Below, in pieces: positions 6,138-15,940 of a stretch of 41,657 nucleotides of DNA. Positions within the stretch are counted from its first letter, which is position 1, and each line of letters begins with the position of its first letter. The position numbers and the translations under genes are program-made. The stretch is from a virus, in IMG/VR virus record IMGVR_UViG_3300027419_000013, positions 1-41,657 of that record, one strand, 5' to 3'. Below the pieces are notes generated by a model. The model was not told the DNA's origin. It made no database searches and saw nothing but the letters and a program-made list of their open reading frames with translations.

Positions 6138-9100
6138 TTACAACCTTCCGTCTCTTTTCATCTGGAGAAGCTGTTTTTTTACGTCATCAGTGATAATCCC
6201 CAACTGTGTATACCTTTTTACTAGAACGTTTTTCTCTTCACGGGTGGAAAGTTTATTGAGTTCATCTGCTACTTTAGTTGCTCTCTCTAAGATATTGAGG
6301 TTAATGTACTTTTCTTCCCTTCTAGATACTCCCAAATTAGCCTGTTTTTTGATTTTAACAAGGTTTGAGTAGAGGGTGGGGTTCTGTTGTTTAATGATCT
6401 TTGAAATACGATTAGCCTCTTCTGGAGAGAGCTTCTTGAGTGAGTTATATGTCTGTTTTGCTGTCTGGCCACCAAGGTATAGATACATATTCTTTTCCTG
6501 AGTCTTTTCGGTTGTAACTTTCCCGATGGGTGTTATGGCGTTGAATAGTCTATTTTGGTTCTCAATGGGTTGTCCTGATTGGTCTAGTCTTGCGGGGACA
6601 GTTTGAGAGAGAAGCGGAATTTGAGTAGAGAGTTGTTGCAATTGTTTCTCTAATACGTTTCCGGTCGTGTCAATCTTCCTCTGGTAGGGGTCGATTATTC
6701 TGGTCACCCAACCCATCAAAGCCCTAAAAGGAATTAATTGCTGTGGGTAGTTTGAAAGGTATCGACTAATCCCTTCAGCGTCTCCCTTGGCAGAGGAGAC
6801 AAAATCTCCAATATTTTTGACGTAAGACATATCCGCGTAGAAATTCACCCACTTAGCTGCACCATTAAGTACCGTTTCCACCTCGGAATCTGATAATGAT
6901 TTATTTCTCTCGGCATCTCTCACAGCTGCAACCAGAGCCATATTAAAAGCTATCGCCGGGTGGAGCTTGGAAAAAGAAATCCATTTATTTCCGACCTTGA
7001 CTGAATACGGTTGCATACCAGCTGCCCGGAACATTGATTTCTTCTTAGGATCAGTGGGTTCAGACCATGTCATTCTGTCCGAACCAACCAGCATGGCGGT
7101 TCCCAGCCCAATTGATGTCCCGAGGATCGCTTTGGAAACTTGCTCAACTTTATTCTTAGCTCCGGGGAGGGTTAAAACGCCCAAGGGAGAGTACTCAACT
7201 GAGGCTTTCAGTATATTTGATGGAATACGCACAAAAGGAAAGGTGTATTTTGCGACAGTCCTGACGACAGGGTTGTTGCTGTTTCTCGCCTCTGCCACCT
7301 TCATGGGAAGGTATTCAAGAGCTTTAAGTACAGGCCCCTCTTCATCCAAGTTAAAAGGAGCATTAAACAGTCTTTTTCTGGCTTCTGCTGTTGCTTTTAT
7401 TTCAGGGAATCTTGTTTTTACCCCTCGACTAGCCCTGTATTCCAAAGATTTCATCACGGCACCCTCCGTCAAAGTAGTGAAAAATTCATCCGACGCCTGT
7501 AAGAGTCTGGGGAAGAAGTTTTGGGTGTTTTCAACCTTGCGTCCGGTTGTCCCTGGTGCGGTAAGAGGAAGGTTATGTAACTCCTGGGCAGTGGAAAACT
7601 TCCTTCCACTCATAACATCAGCAAAATTCTGGGAGGCTTCATGGAGTTTACTCCAATACCCCCTCATATAGGCCACCCCTTCTCCAGTAAAAGCTGATCT
7701 CTTCTTCCCCGTAACAGTACTTTTGAGGAAATCCACCATACCTGTGATGGTTTTTTCTATGGGGGCGATCAGTGCTGTCCCCTGGAAGTTGCTCATGGTG
7801 TTGTTAATATGAGTATTAGGAGACGAAAGCATTGACGTGTAGCGGATTTTTTCAATCCAGTCTCCCGCGTTCGGTTTGACAAACTTCCTATAAAAAGCAG
7901 CAGTTTGTTCGTAGTTGTTAAAATCCACCCCCTTTGATTCTTTTAAGATCTTCTCGGCATCGTCTGTTACTTTAAGAATAGCTTCGAGTATTGCCCCTTT
8001 TGCGTTGTTTAGCTTGGGGTCAGCACCAATAGAGAACGATTGGAGTTTCCTTGCCGTATCCGATCCAAGGGACTTTATTGCCAAAAGGTTGTCTAGGTAT
8101 TCCTTTGTCATTGTCCCACTCACGGCTTGTGAAGATAGGATTTGACGAGCTTTCAGTAAAGCTGCCTCCCATTCTAGTGTCTGCTGGCGGTCAACGGCTT
8201 TATGGAGGACACGCGAACTGACATTGGAAAAATCTACGACTTCTTTGTTGGAAAGTTTCTTGCCCACCACTTCTTCTATCTGGGGTTTAATCTCCGAGAC
8301 TGTTTGTCTGACCACGGTTCTTGTTTCATCACTCACATTTAGACGATTCGTGTTAAAATAGGGTTGTGAAGCGACTACCGATGGCTTTGCAGATTTTGAT
8401 TGAGATGGTGAAGGAATTGTTTCTGGTTGGGGTTGGAATAGTTGCTGTTTTGTTGTCCGTAGGGATGCTTTTGGGGCCGATAATTGGCTAGATGAAACAC
8501 TTTTTTGACCATTGGGTAACGTACCACCCGCTCCTCCTACTCCTTTAGGTTGGGTGGGATCAAGTTTCTTCATCGCTCTTGTACCCAACCCCACATTTAC
8601 TTCGGGGTGATTGGCTATAACTACCCTGTCCTGAAGGAAGGTTGAAACGAGTTGCATCCACTTTCTTGGATTAAGTGTGGACATTTCCTTCATTTCCTTG
8701 GAATTTACGACCTGTGGGATGTATTTCTTTGCTACGGCTGTGACATCATCAATTATTGTCATCTGTGAACGGGGATTAAAGGTGTCGTAAGAGTTGACAT
8801 CTCTTATTAGTGCTTCTATTTCAGGTTGGGCTTTCTTGATTAAATTATCCGCCTGATTGCTTCTAACCATTTTGCCGCCAAAAAAGAGCATTAACGGAAG
8901 TTCTGCGATATTTCCTATTGTCTGTGTAGTTGGATTGGTGGAAAGCGCCTCACCCAAACCTACAGGTTTCTCTAGGGTCATCGCTTTTATCTGAGTGTCC
9001 AGTGACCCCAGAAAGCCCTTCTTTTCCCTTTGGGCTACTCCCGTACCTTTTAAGAAGTTCAAACCTCCGTAGAGTACATCTGTGGGGTCTGGAATGGCTC

Positions 9101-9509
9101 CTAATACATCCAGCCCCAGTTTCCCGACTCTGGCAACAGGGTTGAGGGCTTTGGGTATCTGATACCCTCCTATATTTACAGGTTTGTTTGAAACAATATT
9201 TGATATGTCCTGGGGGAGTTGTTTAGCTGAAGCAACATACATATTTTGTATATAATTACCCATCCTTTGGCCTGCGTAATCTATGGGTTTGATTCCAGTA
9301 CGCAATTTCCCCTGCGCTAGAGCCTGGGGATACCAAAGATTCTCTTCAGGCTTTTGGATCGCCTGCGCAACTCTTTGTGATCCCTGCAACAACCTACCCG
9401 CCAGAGAGTTGTTCCTTATAAGTACGTTTCCGTTTTGTGTCCCGGCAACACCAAGAGAATTTCCTATTCCGTAAAAGAGGTCTCGTGCTTTTTGTAGTGC
9501 GTTAGGCAT
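6138..9509 (-). CDS. very large virion-associated protein (putative internal/ejection protein; function from position only)
   Basis: 1123-aa uninterrupted ORF at the end of the tail module, which is where T7-like phages encode large internal core proteins. I recognised no catalytic motif. Confidence 0.6.
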   Translation of the reverse strand: MPNALQKARDLFYGIGNSLGVAGTQNGNVLIRNNSLAGRLLQGSQRVAQAIQKPEENLWYPQALAQGKLRTGIKPIDYAGQRMGNYIQNMYVASAKQLPQDISNIVSNKPVNIGGYQIPKALNPVARVGKLGLDVLGAIPDPTDVLYGGLNFLKGTGVAQREKKGFLGSLDTQIKAMTLEKPVGLGEALSTNPTTQTIGNIAELPLMLFFGGKMVRSNQADNLIKKAQPEIEALIRDVNSYDTFNPRSQMTIIDDVTAVAKKYIPQVVNSKEMKEMSTLNPRKWMQLVSTFLQDRVVIANHPEVNVGLGTRAMKKLDPTQPKGVGGAGGTLPNGQKSVSSSQLSAPKASLRTTKQQLFQPQPETIPSPSQSKSAKPSVVASQPYFNTNRLNVSDETRTVVRQTVSEIKPQIEEVVGKKLSNKEVVDFSNVSSRVLHKAVDRQQTLEWEAALLKARQILSSQAVSGTMTKEYLDNLLAIKSLGSDTARKLQSFSIGADPKLNNAKGAILEAILKVTDDAEKILKESKGVDFNNYEQTAAFYRKFVKPNAGDWIEKIRYTSMLSSPNTHINNTMSNFQGTALIAPIEKTITGMVDFLKSTVTGKKRSAFTGEGVAYMRGYWSKLHEASQNFADVMSGRKFSTAQELHNLPLTAPGTTGRKVENTQNFFPRLLQASDEFFTTLTEGAVMKSLEYRASRGVKTRFPEIKATAEARKRLFNAPFNLDEEGPVLKALEYLPMKVAEARNSNNPVVRTVAKYTFPFVRIPSNILKASVEYSPLGVLTLPGAKNKVEQVSKAILGTSIGLGTAMLVGSDRMTWSEPTDPKKKSMFRAAGMQPYSVKVGNKWISFSKLHPAIAFNMALVAAVRDAERNKSLSDSEVETVLNGAAKWVNFYADMSYVKNIGDFVSSAKGDAEGISRYLSNYPQQLIPFRALMGWVTRIIDPYQRKIDTTGNVLEKQLQQLSTQIPLLSQTVPARLDQSGQPIENQNRLFNAITPIGKVTTEKTQEKNMYLYLGGQTAKQTYNSLKKLSPEEANRISKIIKQQNPTLYSNLVKIKKQANLGVSRREEKYINLNILERATKVADELNKLSTREEKNVLVKRYTQLGIITDDVKKQLLQMKRDGRL

Positions 9510-9518
9510 GTCATGGTC

Positions 9519-10715
9519 TTAGAAAGACAACTCTTCTTCTTCGTTGCTCTTCTGATATTTAGGCGTGATCTTTACGTACCCCTGTCTGGCGTCTTCGTAG
9601 TTTGGTACTGCGGAGAACCCTCCGACTGCGGGGAGAGAACTGATACCTTGGATGGCCTGTTGCTGTCCCGCCCAATCAGTAGATTTGTAGGCATACTTTT
9701 CGAAGTCTGTTAAAGTGGCGTTCTTTTTTTCGTACCACTCTTTAAGTGCTTGTTGGGATTTAGCGAAGTTGACTTGGATCTCGTTTAAGGCGTTCTGGGC
9801 GGTCTGCCAGATCGAAGCTCTCCTGTTAGCTTTATCCGCGGCTGCTTGATTCTTGGCGTTGTTAATTTGGGTTATACCAGTAAGGAGACCCGACTGGACC
9901 TCTTTGATGGCGAGGTCAAGGTTGTCCTTTAAGGTCTGGACTCTATCTTGGAAGTAGTTGACCACGTTTGTTTTCTCTTTGGCTAGATTCTGAATAACTT
10001 CTTGTGTTGAACCAGTAATCCCTGAAACTCTTCTTGCTGTCTCAACTCCCAACTTTTCAGCAAGGGCTTCGGATACAGATGAACTGGATATACCTAACCC
10101 TGAAAGCTGGGCGATATTGTTTTGCTGAACCTGTCTGAAGAGGTCGCGGGCAGTCTGAAGACCTGATGTTTCGTTCTTTCTTGCTGTGGACTCTTCTCCT
10201 GCGATGCTTGATAATTGTGAAGCCTGTTTTTGCTCTGCCAACCCTTGTCCTTGTTTGTAGGCTAATTGTGCACTCTGTTCCGCAACTCCCGCTTGTGATC
10301 TCAACCCCTCTTCCTGCCCCGATAAACTCTGCATTGTAACGTTGTAATCGTTGTCAACTTGGTCATAACCTGTTTCCATGTTCTGGTTGATATTTCCAGA
10401 CTGAAGATCGTTTACTGTTTGGTTGTTACTTGGTGCTTGGTAACCTGAACCGCTGTTACTAGTAGGCTTGTAGGGCCCGGGATAAGCAGGACCCTGCTGT
10501 GGATAACTGACGGCATCAGAATAGCCGAGAACCTGCGCGTTATTACTGGGGGGAACATAGACATAATTACTTCCTGGCCTGGCTCCACCATAAGCCTGAA
10601 GGGACTCACTTAGATTTGTTTCAGGACCACGGATTCCAATTCTTGAAAGTCCGCCTCCGACAACATCAATTGCTCTTCCTGTTTTTCCGGCTACTTGTTG
10701 TAGAAAAGTTGGCAT
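9519..10715 (-). CDS. virion-associated protein with a Q/N/Y/G/P/S-rich N-terminal region and a Q/A-rich coiled region
   Basis: 398-aa ORF. Residues about 40-130 are low complexity (GSNYVYVPPSNNAQ...YPQQGPAYPGPYKPTSNSGSGYQAPSNNQ). Confidence 0.6.
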   Translation of the reverse strand: MPTFLQQVAGKTGRAIDVVGGGLSRIGIRGPETNLSESLQAYGGARPGSNYVYVPPSNNAQVLGYSDAVSYPQQGPAYPGPYKPTSNSGSGYQAPSNNQTVNDLQSGNINQNMETGYDQVDNDYNVTMQSLSGQEEGLRSQAGVAEQSAQLAYKQGQGLAEQKQASQLSSIAGEESTARKNETSGLQTARDLFRQVQQNNIAQLSGLGISSSSVSEALAEKLGVETARRVSGITGSTQEVIQNLAKEKTNVVNYFQDRVQTLKDNLDLAIKEVQSGLLTGITQINNAKNQAAADKANRRASIWQTAQNALNEIQVNFAKSQQALKEWYEKKNATLTDFEKYAYKSTDWAGQQQAIQGISSLPAVGGFSAVPNYEDARQGYVKITPKYQKSNEEEELSF

Positions 10716-10734
10716 AAGGGCTTATAATGTATTT

Positions 10735-10959
10735 ATGAGAGTTGTACGAATAATTTGTGATTTATATATGGGTTTCATGCTCCTTGCGGGCATGGGATTG
10801 TTTGCTCTTTTTTGGTTTAACAGCACACATACTCTTCCTGGGATGAAAGCTTTTTTGTACCCGAATATGATTGTTGTTGCGAGCTGGGCACTTATTGCTT
10901 CCGCCTGGTTTGTTGTGAAATTGTTAAAGAAACGTCGACAAGCACGCTTAGGGCAATAA
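10735..10959 (+). CDS. small two-TM membrane protein; the only credible plus-strand gene
   Basis: 74 aa with helices 'MGFMLLAGMGLFALFWF' and 'MIVVASWALIASAWFVV', then a basic tail KLLKKRRQARLGQ. A perfect TATAAT at 10723-10728 lies 6 nt before the ATG. The stop abuts a hairpin. Confidence 0.55.
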   Translation: MRVVRIICDLYMGFMLLAGMGLFALFWFNSTHTLPGMKAFLYPNMIVVASWALIASAWFVVKLLKKRRQARLGQ

Positions 10960-10980
10960 AAAAACCGCCCTTCGGCGGCT
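10958..10980 (-). terminator. rho-independent terminator (possibly bidirectional)
   Basis: Minus strand: CCGCC-GAAG-GGCGG + TTTTTTT, downstream of the LamG gene. On the plus strand the same hairpin follows the stop of 10735..10959. Confidence 0.8.
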
Positions 10981-11042
10981 TCGTCTTCAAGACTAGCTTG
11001 TGTTGGTATTTTACGCCTTCTGTAAAGGTTATTCAAGAGAAA

Positions 11043-11708
11043 TTAAAGGATTTTTGCGAATCTCCCCAAAGACCAGTTGTAGTAGTCTTTAATCTCCTTA
11101 GCAGAAAGAGCTTTGTTATAAATACCAACCTCGTCAAGTTCTCCATCGTAAAAAACTCCTGAAATAGCGTTGTCGCTGAACACCCAAGGGGAATTTCCTG
11201 AGGTACTCGGAGACCCGGTAATGGCGTTGCTTTGCAATAAGGCTCCATTGAGATAAATATCTCCCGTTGAACCCGACCCCCCGAACACAAAAGAAAGATG
11301 ACACCACTTCCCTGCGGTGTAAACAACACTAGCAGTAGTTTGATTGTAATTATTCCCAGCATCTGTATAGACCTGAATCAGGGCAAGTCCAGAGTCTAGG
11401 ACGCGGACAATGACGTAAGCTTGCCCTCCTGCGGCCTTACTAATCCAATCCATATTATTGGTTAAAACCCTTGGTTTAACCCACCCTATGACAGTAAAAG
11501 CTCCCGTACCAAACTTCAAAGTAGCAGAATTGGGGAGTGTAACAACTGAGGAAGTGCCATTAAACAAGGCAGATTGGGCAAACTTTCCACTAGGATAAGA
11601 CATGTTTGCATCCACACCGTTTAATCCACTACCACTTAAGTCATTGGAATTTCCGTTGAAGTGCCACAACCCCACCAGATTTGCTTGGGGCATCAATTCT
11701 CCGACCAT
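11043..11708 (-). CDS. LamG/concanavalin-A-like lectin-domain protein (tail accessory)
   Basis: 'LVGLWHFNGNSNDLSG...', 'GTGAFTVIGWVKP' and 'GELDEVGIYNKALSAKEIKDYY' are hallmark Laminin_G_3 motifs. Confidence 0.8.
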   Translation of the reverse strand: MVGELMPQANLVGLWHFNGNSNDLSGSGLNGVDANMSYPSGKFAQSALFNGTSSVVTLPNSATLKFGTGAFTVIGWVKPRVLTNNMDWISKAAGGQAYVIVRVLDSGLALIQVYTDAGNNYNQTTASVVYTAGKWCHLSFVFGGSGSTGDIYLNGALLQSNAITGSPSTSGNSPWVFSDNAISGVFYDGELDEVGIYNKALSAKEIKDYYNWSLGRFAKIL

Positions 11709-11710
11709 AT

Positions 11711-12571
11711 TTAGGTTGCTCTCAATAACACTGAAAGGTTTTGCGAAAGTGAAGCCAGACTGTTTATATCCATAGTCAACACATCACCAGCTACAAGAGC
11801 GGCTGAGGCAATGGAGGCTGAGGAAGCAAAAGTTGCTCCTCCTGGGATGGCAACAACTCCGTATACCGAGAAGTTTTTGTTTACATGGATGTTAATTGAA
11901 GCAACTGAAGCGGGTGTTTGCACGTAGGCTTGTATGAATTGTCCTGTGAATGCCGTGGGGATGGGAATAAGTCCGCCAATGTTTGTTTGAGAAGCCAGTC
12001 CTCCGGGAACGTGGAAATAAGCATTTAATCCACCTGTCCCACTTGAAGTTTCCCAACCGACAATCGAGGCTCCTGAGGCTTGGATGTGGGTCGTTATAAA
12101 AAGTGTCGAAACAGTTGAGGGAGAAGCTAAGCTCAACTTGTTTGCCGACAGTTGGGCTATAGTAGCCACTGAGGCTAAATTCATCCCCGCTATAGTCATT
12201 GTTCCTGTTATTACATGCCCTCCGGCGGAGTCGTGTTCAGGGTTTAATACGTTGTACCAATCCTCAAACATTGAAGAGGTGATAACAGCCTCAACTACCG
12301 CACCTGATGAATGAGCCTGGGCTGTTGATCCGCCCTGTCCTCTGGTAGTAGTTAGGTCGTTTCCCGAAACATTAGTAACTTTAACGTATTCCCAAAGAGA
12401 TGTTGACTTGAACGTCCCAGCGGAGTCAACCCTGTCTATTACCAAATAACACGGAGAAACGATCTTAGACCCATCGGCAACCGACATCGACGTGGCCACA
12501 TCAGTAATACCGCTACTTAAAGCAGTGGCGATATTCTCGTCAACTGAGGGTCGGGGTATGTTTGCTCCCAT
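11711..12571 (-). CDS. tail fibre/spike-like protein
   Basis: 'WEYVKVTNVSGNDLTTTRGQGGSTAQAHSSGAVVE' is a motif common at the N-termini of phage fibre proteins. The C-terminal half is S/T/A/G-rich. Confidence 0.65.
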   Translation of the reverse strand: MGANIPRPSVDENIATALSSGITDVATSMSVADGSKIVSPCYLVIDRVDSAGTFKSTSLWEYVKVTNVSGNDLTTTRGQGGSTAQAHSSGAVVEAVITSSMFEDWYNVLNPEHDSAGGHVITGTMTIAGMNLASVATIAQLSANKLSLASPSTVSTLFITTHIQASGASIVGWETSSGTGGLNAYFHVPGGLASQTNIGGLIPIPTAFTGQFIQAYVQTPASVASINIHVNKNFSVYGVVAIPGGATFASSASIASAALVAGDVLTMDINSLASLSQNLSVLLRAT

Positions 12572-12593
12572 AAAAAAACCGCCCGTTAGGCGG
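12572..12593 (-). terminator. rho-independent terminator
   Basis: Minus strand: CCGCC-TAACG-GGCGG + TTTTTTT, running directly into the ATG at 12571. The 23-nt core is identical to the terminator at 15855-15877. Confidence 0.85.
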
Positions 12594-12652
12594 TTGCTCT
12601 TTCAAAGATAACCTTACTAATTTTATACCTTCTGTCCACAAAAAGAAAGACT

Positions 12653-14620
12653 TTAGGATGTACTCCAGGACTGGGGGATAATACCTTCTCCCAATTCCTG
12701 AGCCAGTATCTGGACACTTAGTAATTCATACCTGTCGTTATTACCCGTGGTTGTAATCTCCAACTGTAAAGTCCGGGCAGGTTTGTTTATACGCGTTCTT
12801 CTGGCCAAATCGTTAGAGTTAGCCGAGAGCCCCGCACCCGAAGTGTTTCCCCACTTAACATTGCCCCACTTATCAAATCCCCAACCTATGCCCGAATTTG
12901 AAGCGGAGACGGTAAAAGATTGGGCTGATCCCACCGCACCATCTCTTTGTTCTAATATGATATTAACGAAAGGTGTACCGTAAACATTTCTCCAGTTTGA
13001 ATACAAAGTCTTGAACATTTTAAACCTGAAGGAGTTTTTAAGAGCGGTTTTCTTCGTTAACAAGGAGGTTTGGATCTTCACTCCCTTGTCGTTGGAATAC
13101 CCAGATCCCATTTTGGTTACATAAGTGTCGTTTGAATCTCCCCAGACTAAGTTCTCCTGATTCTCTCCGTCGTAGTAGACCTCATAGATTCCGGGTGTGG
13201 CGGCGTAAGTATTTGGTCCCATCCAGGCTAGTCTCTCGCGGTCGTAAATGATCTCTTTATTGTTAAACAAACTCCCTCCTGCGGGGTAAGACAATCTGTA
13301 CTTTGAGTCTTGATATGCAGCACAAGCCTTCTCTAATTGAGAGGGTGAGAGGGTTAAGAATGTTGGTCTGACCTTGGCTGAGATTTCATTCGTCCTGAGT
13401 ACATTCCCCAGGTATTGAGCTTCATTTCCCAATGAATAGACCCCTTTTCTTGAAAGGAAAAAGACATCGTTTTCAACGTGTTTGATTGTGCGATGGGAAA
13501 CCGCTCCCACCCCTCTTACGATTAAGGAAACAGTGGGAACGACGAGGCTTCCCGAAGAAGCAAGTGTGACTTTCCAAATTGACCTCTGTTTGAAAACTAT
13601 GATGGCCTCCTGGAACTCTATAATTCCTGTCACAAAATCTCCGGAGTCCTTATCAAGATCAATGTATCCTCCACCGTATCGCCAGTTGAACTTGTCTACA
13701 TTCGACCCTCCCCCTGACCACATAATTCTTGAGGGATAACTGTCGATATTCCCCAATACAATTTTGTCCTTATACGAGCAGATATATTTAGCTTTCGGTC
13801 CTGCGGTGGTATCAGCTTCCTGCGGAAAAACAAGCATTGAAGGGTCTGGTGTCCCTACAAAGTCATAGCGCAGAGTGGAAGAATCAAGTGAAGTAATAAA
13901 TCTTTCATCTCCCTGGTCGTACCCATACACGCCGTATCCGGCAACTACAGAGGCGGGAGAAGCGGTTGCCCAGGTGATTCTTAGGGAAGTTTCAGTTAAA
14001 TCTTGTGGTGTGTTGGTTATAAGGACGGGTTCGGATGCTATTGTCTCTCCTACGGCGTTAAAAGCCGAAACGCGGAACGACCTTGTAAAAGTCCCTGATA
14101 CTCCTGACAGATTGGTAACGGCCACCCCCGTGGGGCGGGAAATCTGGGTGTAGGGAAAAACAGTGACTCCGTTGTATTTAGTGAGAGTGTCGATCCCATT
14201 GACGATATAAACATTGTTATAGAGTTGAATCATCTCGGCGTTATATCCTGAAGCGTAAGAAAAACCCCCAACCATAGAATAGGAAGCAGACGCTTTTTTA
14301 ACCAAGTATCCCCAGTCTGATATAGCCAAGATCTCGTTTACTCCAGAAGCCCCCGAAGCGAACAAAACTCCTTTCAACCCTCTTACTCTTTGCGACCCTG
14401 TAGCCACTGAGGGTGCGGTTAGGAAGTAGTTATCTGTTCCTTCCCTTTTAGTAGGAACGCCCAAACCCACAAGTTTGAGGTTTTCAGCCTGAGCAAGTTC
14501 GTTGTCTTTGATTTCCGTCTGCCGAAGAAGTGTATTTACCCCACCTTTCCAGTTAGCCCAATCCTGTTGCAAGGTTTGTGGTTGTTTGTATTGAGGTTCT
14601 TTGAAATCGAAATTGGGCAT
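12653..14620 (-). CDS. large tail (nozzle/tubular-B-like) virion protein; function from position only
   Basis: 655-aa ORF following a 225-aa ORF, as with gp11/gp12 in podoviruses. No motif recognised. Confidence 0.5.
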   Translation of the reverse strand: MPNFDFKEPQYKQPQTLQQDWANWKGGVNTLLRQTEIKDNELAQAENLKLVGLGVPTKREGTDNYFLTAPSVATGSQRVRGLKGVLFASGASGVNEILAISDWGYLVKKASASYSMVGGFSYASGYNAEMIQLYNNVYIVNGIDTLTKYNGVTVFPYTQISRPTGVAVTNLSGVSGTFTRSFRVSAFNAVGETIASEPVLITNTPQDLTETSLRITWATASPASVVAGYGVYGYDQGDERFITSLDSSTLRYDFVGTPDPSMLVFPQEADTTAGPKAKYICSYKDKIVLGNIDSYPSRIMWSGGGSNVDKFNWRYGGGYIDLDKDSGDFVTGIIEFQEAIIVFKQRSIWKVTLASSGSLVVPTVSLIVRGVGAVSHRTIKHVENDVFFLSRKGVYSLGNEAQYLGNVLRTNEISAKVRPTFLTLSPSQLEKACAAYQDSKYRLSYPAGGSLFNNKEIIYDRERLAWMGPNTYAATPGIYEVYYDGENQENLVWGDSNDTYVTKMGSGYSNDKGVKIQTSLLTKKTALKNSFRFKMFKTLYSNWRNVYGTPFVNIILEQRDGAVGSAQSFTVSASNSGIGWGFDKWGNVKWGNTSGAGLSANSNDLARRTRINKPARTLQLEITTTGNNDRYELLSVQILAQELGEGIIPQSWSTS

Positions 14621-14625
14621 ACATA

Positions 14626-15303
14626 TTAATCTCTACCAATGCGGAAGGCGTAACGTGATTCTTCCCACCTTTGCACCCGATTATCATTGTGAGCCTGCCC
14701 CAATACGTTTTCGTTTTCGATCATCCTGGCCAACATTCTGTCCGCTTCTACCTTAGCTTCGGGAAACCTCCCGTCCTCCCGGCCTTTGTAGATGAGGTAG
14801 AGACTCCTCTGTACGATGTAATTGGGGTCGGGGCACTCCGTGACGTTTGTGGGGGAGGCCAGGGAGGCGGGGGATGCGTAATATGTAAACTGGACAGACG
14901 CTCCTGAACACAAAGTAGAGGCGTGTATGTACAGGGTTTTACTATCCCTGTCATTCCCTAAGACATAGGTATACCTGTCCGAGTCGTTATACTGGGTGTA
15001 TTTGGTAGGATCAATCACCGGGAAACTATCCGTTGTCTCACCATCCCAGGTAACAACAGGATAACCGTCAATCTTTTGAAAATCTGTCGGTAATCCATAC
15101 GTAGCAAACCCCGCCGTAGTAACCCGGCCGTTGTGGACCTTCAATAAGGCCTTCCATTCATAGGTGTTACCCCAATCTTGGATTGCCCTATTGATTAAGT
15201 TCATCCGGATATTCCAGTCATCCCCACCAATCGTTGGATAGGTGTCAGACTGGTCAACCTCGTTGGCGATTGCCGTTTGAAGGTCTGTTAGTGTCCAGGA
15301 CAT
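14626..15303 (-). CDS. adaptor/tail-tubular-A-like virion protein; function from position only
   Basis: 225-aa ORF immediately upstream of the 655-aa tail protein. Confidence 0.45.
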   Translation of the reverse strand: MSWTLTDLQTAIANEVDQSDTYPTIGGDDWNIRMNLINRAIQDWGNTYEWKALLKVHNGRVTTAGFATYGLPTDFQKIDGYPVVTWDGETTDSFPVIDPTKYTQYNDSDRYTYVLGNDRDSKTLYIHASTLCSGASVQFTYYASPASLASPTNVTECPDPNYIVQRSLYLIYKGREDGRFPEAKVEADRMLARMIENENVLGQAHNDNRVQRWEESRYAFRIGRD

Positions 15304-15343
15304 AAGTGTTCAAAGAAACATGGGACCGAAGCGGTCATGTTCC

Positions 15344-15829
15344 TTATGCGAACACCGCTCCGCCTACTAATCCAGAACCTTTAATTACGGGGATATAGCG
15401 TGCCTCACCGTTGAGTTCAACGGGAATCACGTAGTCAAAATGAGCCGCTGAAGTCAAAAGGATTGAAGTTAAGGAAATGAATCCCCCCTTAAATCCCATG
15501 ATTGCACCAGAAGCTGCTGAAGTTCCGAGGAACTGCAAAGCTCCAATTGAAGCGGTTGCATTGACCGTTCTACCAACCGTTAAAGCTGGTCCTGTGGTTG
15601 CTCCTGATCTGAAATCTCCTGCTGCGTGAGTCGTGCTGACTGAGTCAGCGTCAACACCTACACCGGAAATAGCTGTTACTTTAATAACTGATCCTGAAGC
15701 TGTCGACAGTAAAGCTAAAGCTGGTTGTCCAGCTGCGTTGGAATTAACCTGCAAAGCAGGTCCACCCGTATTAGAGTCGGACAGAATTTGTCCACCCCCT
15801 TCATTGTCTAGGTCATAGATAAATGCCAT
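15344..15829 (-). CDS. S/T/G/A-rich virion protein (putative, probably highly expressed)
   Basis: 161-aa ORF preceded by a terminator and then a consensus SD (GGAAAGGAGGTG at 15840-15850). Confidence 0.6.
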   Translation of the reverse strand: MAFIYDLDNEGGGQILSDSNTGGPALQVNSNAAGQPALALLSTASGSVIKVTAISGVGVDADSVSTTHAAGDFRSGATTGPALTVGRTVNATASIGALQFLGTSAASGAIMGFKGGFISLTSILLTSAAHFDYVIPVELNGEARYIPVIKGSGLVGGAVFA

Positions 15830-15854
15830 GTTTCTTTTTCACCTCCTTTCCAAT

Positions 15855-15877
15855 AAAAAAACCGCCCGTTAGGCGGT
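15855..15877 (-). terminator. rho-independent terminator
   Basis: Minus strand: ACCGCC-TAAC-GGGCGGT + TTTTTTT, downstream of the LamG gene 15941..16657. Confidence 0.85.
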
Positions 15878-15940
15878 CACATCGTTAAGATTAACCAGAC
15901 TACATTTTACGCTACCCCACAATAGATTTTCAAGGGATTT

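Noticed and set aside
6967-7671. 234-aa plus-strand ORF, and similar plus-strand ORFs at 17522-18007, 18488-19000, 12084-12314, 13875-14153 and 30767-31192
   Set aside because: All lie antisense within long, well-supported minus-strand genes. They have low-complexity or hydrophobic shadow-frame composition and lack start signals.
10722-11036. 104-aa minus-strand ORF filling the gap between the LamG gene and the 398-aa gene
   Set aside because: It reads straight through a strong hairpin-T7 terminator. It is Arg-rich with no structure-like pattern. It is also antisense to a much more convincing two-TM ORF.
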